26,614 nucleotides of DNA from Verrucomicrobiota bacterium (GTDB taxonomy: Bacteria; Verrucomicrobiota; Verrucomicrobiia; Opitutales; Coraliomargaritaceae), in contig JBCBZJ010000033.1 in assembly GCA_039815375.1 (NCBI GenBank), positions 1 to 26,614 of the forward strand. Direction: 5' to 3'. The notes beneath the pieces are model-generated. The model did not search any database and was not told where the DNA came from. It saw only the letters and a program-made list of their open reading frames with translations. Below are positions 22,144 to 26,614 of this stretch, one piece after another (positions within the stretch are counted from its first letter, which is position 1; each line of letters begins with the position of its first letter). The position numbers and the translations under genes are program-made.

Positions 22144-22446
22144 ATGGCATTCGACATGAAAGCAGATGGCCTGAAAGAAGCCATCCAACACCACGAAGAA
22201 GAAATCTTCAGCAAGATCCTTGAGAACGACGACTATCCACAGCTTAACCGAATTTGGGAGCAGTTTTACGACGGACCCCAAATCTTTCCAGACCAAGCGA
22301 ATGAGCTTGTTCACGAACTGATTGCCCTAAAAGAAGAAAAAATATGCGAAGAGGAGAAACACATGAACTACACCATTGATCGGCTGATTTCATTCTTCAG
22401 CAAATCATACAGATTAAAGAAACAGATCTACTGTATCAGTGATTAA
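22144..22446 (+). CDS. Cassette 5: small acidic hypothetical protein
   Basis: 100-aa ORF filling the space between attC4 and attC5. Confidence 0.75.
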   Translation: MAFDMKADGLKEAIQHHEEEIFSKILENDDYPQLNRIWEQFYDGPQIFPDQANELVHELIALKEEKICEEEKHMNYTIDRLISFFSKSYRLKKQIYCISD

Positions 22447-22453
22447 CAAAAGC

Positions 22454-22524
22454 ACAGAACAAGACGGAGGACCCAACGCCTTTCGCGCTCCGCGCTGCAG
22501 GCGTTGATCTCCTCGACGTTGTGC
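22454..22524 (+). other. attC site 5 (71 bp)
   Basis: R'' ACAGAAC, GGAG[G]A pairing with TCTCC, CAACGCCT/AGGCGTTG stem, R' GTTGTGC; same central CCTTTCGCGCTCCGCGCT as attC3. Confidence 0.9.
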
Positions 22525-22528
22525 AAAA

Positions 22529-23224
22529 ATGAAACTCATCATCTTTGACATAGATGGAACGCTGACTCAAACAAACACAGTTGACACGCTGTGCTTCACG
22601 GAAGCATTGGCTACATTCTTTGACACTTCCGACTTCGACACAGACTGGAAGAATTATAAGCATGTTTCCGACAGCGGTATTACAAAGGAAATTGCAAAGA
22701 GGCTTTGGGGACGGTCGCTGACAGCAGAAGAGAGTTCACAACTAGAAGAGCTATTCATCTCTATACTTTCAGCACATCCGGCAAATTCATTTGCTCCGAT
22801 TCTAGGAGCTGAGCGCTTCATCGAATTACTGAAAAAAACAGAGACTTATCAAATAGCACTAGCCACAGGATGCTGGAAGTCGTCTGCTATCCATAAGCTC
22901 GAAAAGGCCAAGATTGATCACACGAACGTACCATTGGCGACTTCTTCGGATTCACCGGACAGAGCAAACATCATGAAGGAAGCACGCATACGCGCGATCA
23001 ATCACTACGGATTAGAAGTGATTGAAGAGACTCTCTATTTTGGAGACGCAGTTTGGGATGTTCGAGCATGCGGGAATCTAAACTGGAGAATGATTGGAAT
23101 CGGAGAAAACATCAATACATTGAAAAAGATTCGGCCCATCAGCGTATTTGAAGACTACACCCAGCCTCGAGAAATCATCGAAACTATCGATGCAGAACCA
23201 GACGGTGCTGGCAACGGTCGCTAA
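22529..23224 (+). CDS. Cassette 6: HAD-superfamily hydrolase
   Basis: Motif I IFDIDGTL, motif II LATG, motif IV FGDAVWD. Confidence 0.92.
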   Translation: MKLIIFDIDGTLTQTNTVDTLCFTEALATFFDTSDFDTDWKNYKHVSDSGITKEIAKRLWGRSLTAEESSQLEELFISILSAHPANSFAPILGAERFIELLKKTETYQIALATGCWKSSAIHKLEKAKIDHTNVPLATSSDSPDRANIMKEARIRAINHYGLEVIEETLYFGDAVWDVRACGNLNWRMIGIGENINTLKKIRPISVFEDYTQPREIIETIDAEPDGAGNGR

Positions 23225-23292
23225 CGCTTCTGTCCATCGTGCTCCGAGCTGAGCAAACTCAAGCGATTTTCGTCCGGCGCGATGCCGCACCG
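23192..23292 (+). other. attC site 6, truncated (R' missing)
   Basis: R'' GCAGAAC and CGGTGC[T]GGCA pairing with TGCCGCACCG, but no GTT box follows. Confidence 0.65.
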
Positions 23293-23335
23293 ACCAAAGC
23301 GCTCGATCAGTGCGGCCAAACAGCAGGGCGAGCGT

Positions 23336-24100
23336 CTATTGGTTTCGCCCAGCCATGACTCCGCCATCGACATCCCAGATGGCACCTGTCACCCAGGACG
23401 CTTCGTCACTGAGGAGGAAGTTGATCGCCGAAGCAACATCGTTGGGGCGTCCCACACGACCGATCGGGTGGAACGCGTTGAACCCATCTAGAGTATTCTC
23501 GATCTGATCCTCATCTATAAACGATTTGTAGATGGTGGTGACAACGACGGCCGGAGAGACCGCGTTCACGCGGATATTCGAATCGGCTAATTCCATGGCA
23601 AGCTGCTGAGTCATTGCATGGAGCCCAGCTTTCGCCATCGAATAGGAGCTGGAAGGCGTTGCCTTGACCGCCTGTTTCGCCCACATGGATCCGATGTTGA
23701 CGATCGCCCCACCCCCGTTGCTCTTCATTTTCGCAGCGACTGCCTGGGTGATAACAAACAGCGACTCGTTGAGATCGTGGTAGGCCCTGTAGTCAGACCG
23801 CGACTGCTCGAGGAATGGCTTTGGCGCGAAATACCCCGCAGCATTCACCAGCCCTGAGATAGGGCGGGCGCTCTCGCGGATCGTTGTGGCGAGTTTGTCA
23901 ACTTGAGTCTGATCATACAGGTCGCATTCGATGGTTTCCACCAAGCTGCCACCTAGCTCGGAGAGTTCCTTTTTTGCCGCAGCGAGACCTTCAGAGCCTC
24001 GGGCGACCAAGGTGACTGGCTCGCTTCGGGAGACGAGTCGCTTTGCCGTTTCCAGCCCCATTCCTTTGGAGCCACCGATTATATAAGTCGTAGTATTCAT
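23336..24100 (-). CDS. Short-chain dehydrogenase/reductase (SDR)
   Basis: GGSKGMG, VNAAG, catalytic [24 protein letters not shown]. Confidence 0.95.
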   Translation of the reverse strand: MNTTTYIIGGSKGMGLETAKRLVSRSEPVTLVARGSEGLAAAKKELSELGGSLVETIECDLYDQTQVDKLATTIRESARPISGLVNAAGYFAPKPFLEQSRSDYRAYHDLNESLFVITQAVAAKMKSNGGGAIVNIGSMWAKQAVKATPSSSYSMAKAGLHAMTQQLAMELADSNIRVNAVSPAVVVTTIYKSFIDEDQIENTLDGFNAFHPIGRVGRPNDVASAINFLLSDEASWVTGAIWDVDGGVMAGRNQ

Positions 24101-24125
24101 GTGATTGATTTTAGTTCGGTTCAGT

Positions 24126-24203
24126 TGCCAACCTATCAGTAGGTAGGCATTAAGGAGCTAAAGCGCATTTAAGTTGCGTCAACAACTATCTATCAATAGA
24201 TAG
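24126..24203. promoter_or_regulatory. Two palindromic TetR operators in the divergent SDR/tetR intergenic region
   Basis: TGCCAACCTA-TCAG-TAGGTAGGCA (24126-24149) and CTATCTA-TCAA-TAGATAG (24186-24203); shared core AYCTA-TCAR-TAGRT. Confidence 0.8.
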
Positions 24204-24208
24204 AAAAA

Positions 24209-24763
24209 ATGCCCGATACCCGATCAAAGATCTTAGACACTGCTGAGGCAATGGTGCGTGCAGGCGGTTATAATGGTTTCAGTTTCAGGGAGATCGCCTC
24301 ATTAGTCGGCATCAAGAGCGCATCCGTTCACCATCATTTCCCCACCAAAGAAGCCTTGACGTTAGAGGTCGCCCGTCGCTACCACGAGAATTTCTTCGCT
24401 GCACTTGGTGCACCGAGGCCAGCAGGCCATGATCCCGAGGCGCAACTAGGACTATACTGCCAAGTCTTCAAGGAGGCATTCCAGATATCCAATCGCGCTT
24501 GCTTATGCGGCGTCCTCGCGAGTGAAGCAGAGCAGTTACCAAATAGCGTGAAAGACGCCGTGGTCGCTTTTGTGGAAGCGAATATTGCATGGCTTGAACA
24601 AGCACTAGAGAAAAGTCCTAACGATACAAAATCTCGCAAGCGTGCCGAACTAGTGTATACTGCCCTGGAGGGCGCCATGGGAGTTGCATCCCTCCAGCAA
24701 GATCACAAATGGATTGATCGAGTCTCCGAAGCGGTCTGTCTCACAGCCTTGTCGCGAATCTAG
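24209..24763 (+). CDS. TetR/AcrR-family transcriptional regulator
   Basis: N-terminal HTH GYNGFSFREIASLVGIKSASVHHHFPTKE; C-terminal ACLCGVL. Confidence 0.95.
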   Translation: MPDTRSKILDTAEAMVRAGGYNGFSFREIASLVGIKSASVHHHFPTKEALTLEVARRYHENFFAALGAPRPAGHDPEAQLGLYCQVFKEAFQISNRACLCGVLASEAEQLPNSVKDAVVAFVEANIAWLEQALEKSPNDTKSRKRAELVYTALEGAMGVASLQQDHKWIDRVSEAVCLTALSRI

Positions 24764-24767
24764 CGAG

Positions 24768-24892
24768 GGATAACAAGGCGGTGCTGAACAATCGGCTACC
24801 CGCTCTAAGTCTGAATGGTTTCCGTAGCTACAACCCTCAATCCAGAGCCCAAGGCACCGCCGGTAACCGGCGCCAGACCTTCGACGTTCAGA
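24768..24892 (+). other. attC site 7 (125 bp)
   Basis: R'' GGATAAC, GGT[G]CTG pairing with CAGACC, R' GTTCAGA. Confidence 0.8.
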
Positions 24893-24914
24893 AGAGCAAA
24901 CCGACGTATTTTTT

Positions 24915-25011
24915 AACCGCTAATGAACGCTAATTGACGCTAATCCACTACGGCGAAAACAGAAAACTATACAAAGAGAACATAAGCGTATGTTAGCGGA
25001 GATAAGCGGTT
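24915..25011. repeat. Hairpin element of 3 x 10-bp tandem units per arm inside a gene-less cassette
   Basis: AACCGCTAAT GAACGCTAAT TGACGCTAAT (24915-24944) and inverted ATAAGCGTAT GTTAGCGGAG ATAAGCGGTT (24982-25011). Confidence 0.8.
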
Positions 25012-25077
25012 CCCAGCTCTGCTGGAAAAGTCAGTATCAGAGACTTGCTCAGAGCTAAACCACCAGCACGGTTGAAT

Positions 25078-25183
25078 CCTGAACCAGTCGGCATAGACAA
25101 TACCAGTTACGCACCTTCAAAATTCGACCATCACTTGAACACCTCACCTCACAGGCTTGGATCGCCTAGCCTTTACGTTTTAA
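25078..25183 (+). other. attC site 8 (106 bp)
   Basis: R'' CCTGAAC (6/7 complementary to the preceding GTTCAGA), GGC[A]TAG pairing with CTAGCC, R' GTTTTAA. Confidence 0.78.
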
Positions 25184-25215
25184 GAAAATAATTGCTAGGC
25201 TCTAGAGTGCTACTC

Positions 25216-25485
25216 ATGAGAATAGAATTAGTGACCACGCTAAAAAGGCAAGCAACTCGAATTCTCAAAGACCTTCGGATAGATCGAAATCCGGTAATGA
25301 TTACGGAGCACAGCAAGCCTGCAGCATATCTCGTTGATGTAGAAACCTTTGAAGCAACAGAAAAAAGAATGCTTCTTCTGGAAGGTCTAGCCCACGGAGA
25401 GAAAGCATTTTCCGAAGGAAGAGTTTTGAGCCACACTGAAGCCGAAAAGAGAATCCGAACCTTGGCAATATCACAAAAGACTTGA
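25216..25485 (+). CDS. Phd/YefM-family type II antitoxin (C-terminal residues altered by a deletion)
   Basis: MRIELVTTLKRQATRIL...PVMITEHSKPAAYLVDVETFE...LLEGLAHGEKAFSEGRVLSH. Confidence 0.88.
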   Translation: MRIELVTTLKRQATRILKDLRIDRNPVMITEHSKPAAYLVDVETFEATEKRMLLLEGLAHGEKAFSEGRVLSHTEAEKRIRTLAISQKT

Positions 25486-25616
25486 GACACACCCCGTATC
25501 GTAGGTTGGTAATCAAACCTGTATATGTCTATTATCGCTCTGAAGGTGAGGATATCGTAATCATTTTTGTCGATAGAAACGAACAGGATTTCGACTTAGT
25601 GAGATTTGCAAGATGA
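25452..25616 (+). pseudogene. C-terminal half of a RelE/ParE-family toxin
   Basis: Start-less frame NPNLGNITKDLRHTPYRRLVIKPVYVYYRSEGEDIVIIFVDRNEQDFDLVRFAR*, overlapping the antitoxin end. Confidence 0.8.
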
Positions 25617-25621
25617 GTGAA

Positions 25622-25634
25622 TTCGAACCAGTCG
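25622..25634 (+). other. attC site 9, left stub only
   Basis: TTCGAAC-CAGTCG just after the toxin stop, same start as attC8 (GAACCAGTCG); the rest is absent. Confidence 0.5.
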
Positions 25635-25635
25635 A

Positions 25636-26058
25636 CCGAAACTCGCTTGGAGGAACAGCGTAAAAGTTTCAGAATCAGACACGAAATTAATCAATGAAGC
25701 GTGGGTCTGGTTCGGAGAGCGCCTAGTAGAAGTTATCAAAATAAAAGAGCTTTGTGACTTCTGCAGCAATCGGTTTGCAAAGGAATTCGCGATTCATCCA
25801 TTCCCTCTGCCGCGTGATTCAGTCGACCATTTTGCGGCAGCAGGATGGGCACGACCTGAAATATATTTAAGTGAAGAATATAGATCAGGTATCTCATCGT
25901 TTTCTACAGTTGCCCCGGAAGAAATTGATACCGGACTCAAAAATTTGAAGTCAGACTTGGAATCCGAAACCTGGGAAAGAAAATATGGAAGCATCAGAGA
26001 TTGTGAGACTCTAGACACCGGATACGTCTTCGTAAAAATCTCAAAAGTCAGGGCATAG
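25636..26058 (+). pseudogene. 5'-truncated class I SAM-dependent methyltransferase remnant
   Basis: Open frame with no upstream start codon: ...PFPLPRDSVDHFAAAGWARPEIYLSEEYRSGISSF...GLKNLKSDLESETWERKYG...LDTGYVF; resembles the C-terminus of a methyltransferase family; SAM-binding motif absent. Confidence 0.65.
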
Positions 26059-26320
26059 AGCGTCGGAAAGAATGAAATGAGCAACTATAACAGCACCGAT
26101 TTACCACTTCTCCCGCGATAATCAGATTTGATGAAGCATTCACTTAGTGCACTTTCCCAAGCGTTAGAGATTATAGTGGACAACGAATTTAAGAAGAAAT
26201 AATTTTCAAATTGTAAGGAAGAACTCAGAGGGAAGATTCGTCATTTCTTAAAGCTCTATCGTTTCCGCGTTTAATATTATACCAAGGATTAAGTTATTAA
26301 TTTAAAAAATTAAAGAAGCC

Positions 26321-26614
26321 ATGAATTCTTTCAAAATTATTACTACACTCATCCTATCTTTAGCTGTTGGGATACCTTCCACATGGTCAATCACTCAGGG
26401 GATTTACTACGAGGCTTTCGAGATTAACCTCACAGAGCTGGAGGGCATTGACTTTGAAAGCCTGACCCCGACCGCAGTCGGTTTGACTAATCAGATCGAT
26501 ATTGGCCCCAGGACTTCAGATAGGGAGTTTGCGTTGAGGTTTCTTGGAACACTTTACATCCCGAATGACGGCCTCTGGACTTTTCATCTAAGTTCGGATG
26601 ATGGTAGCCGGTTG
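26321..26614 (+). CDS. Secreted PA14-domain protein (partial, runs off the window)
   Basis: MNSFKIITTLILSLAVGIPSTWS signal peptide; FALRFLGTLYIPNDGLWTFHLSSDDGSRL matches the PA14 SDDG motif; absent from the ORF track because there is no stop in the window. Confidence 0.82.
   Translation, partial: MNSFKIITTLILSLAVGIPSTWSITQGIYYEAFEINLTELEGIDFESLTPTAVGLTNQIDIGPRTSDREFALRFLGTLYIPNDGLWTFHLSSDDGSRL

Overview
Bacterial chromosomal window, most likely from Verrucomicrobiota (Opitutales-like). This assignment is inferred from the PEP-CTERM proteins, the PVC-type nrdBA pair and the repeat types. It has four parts. (1) 1-7270 is core genome: nrdB-nrdA with tandem NrdR boxes, an ECF sigma / anti-sigma / helical accessory protein trio, and tRNA-Lys(CTT) plus tRNA-Thr(TGT). 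NrdB lacks the radical tyrosine and has Glu as its first metal ligand (class Ic, Mn/Fe-type signature), and NrdA has three ATP-cone-like repeats. (2) 7270-14900 is an accessory islet behind the tRNAs: an IS3-like relic, two PEP-CTERM-type surface proteins sharing a 22-bp upstream box, a GTAG-type REP cluster, an OmpR-family two-component system and a polyproline-rich TonB-dependent receptor. (3) 15000-18610 holds an isochorismate synthase and a UvrD/PcrA helicase. (4) 18613-26060 is an integron that the ORF track does not reveal. It has a wrecked intI pseudogene (nonsense codon, frameshift, large internal deletion), an attI candidate and about 10 cassettes separated by nine attC sites, six intact and three damaged. 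The cassettes are a cytoplasmic trypsin-like protease, two apparently gene-less cassettes, three hypothetical proteins, a HAD hydrolase, a self-regulated SDR/TetR pair, a Phd-RelE/ParE module with its toxin deleted, and a methyltransferase remnant. A PA14-domain secreted protein begins at the right edge.
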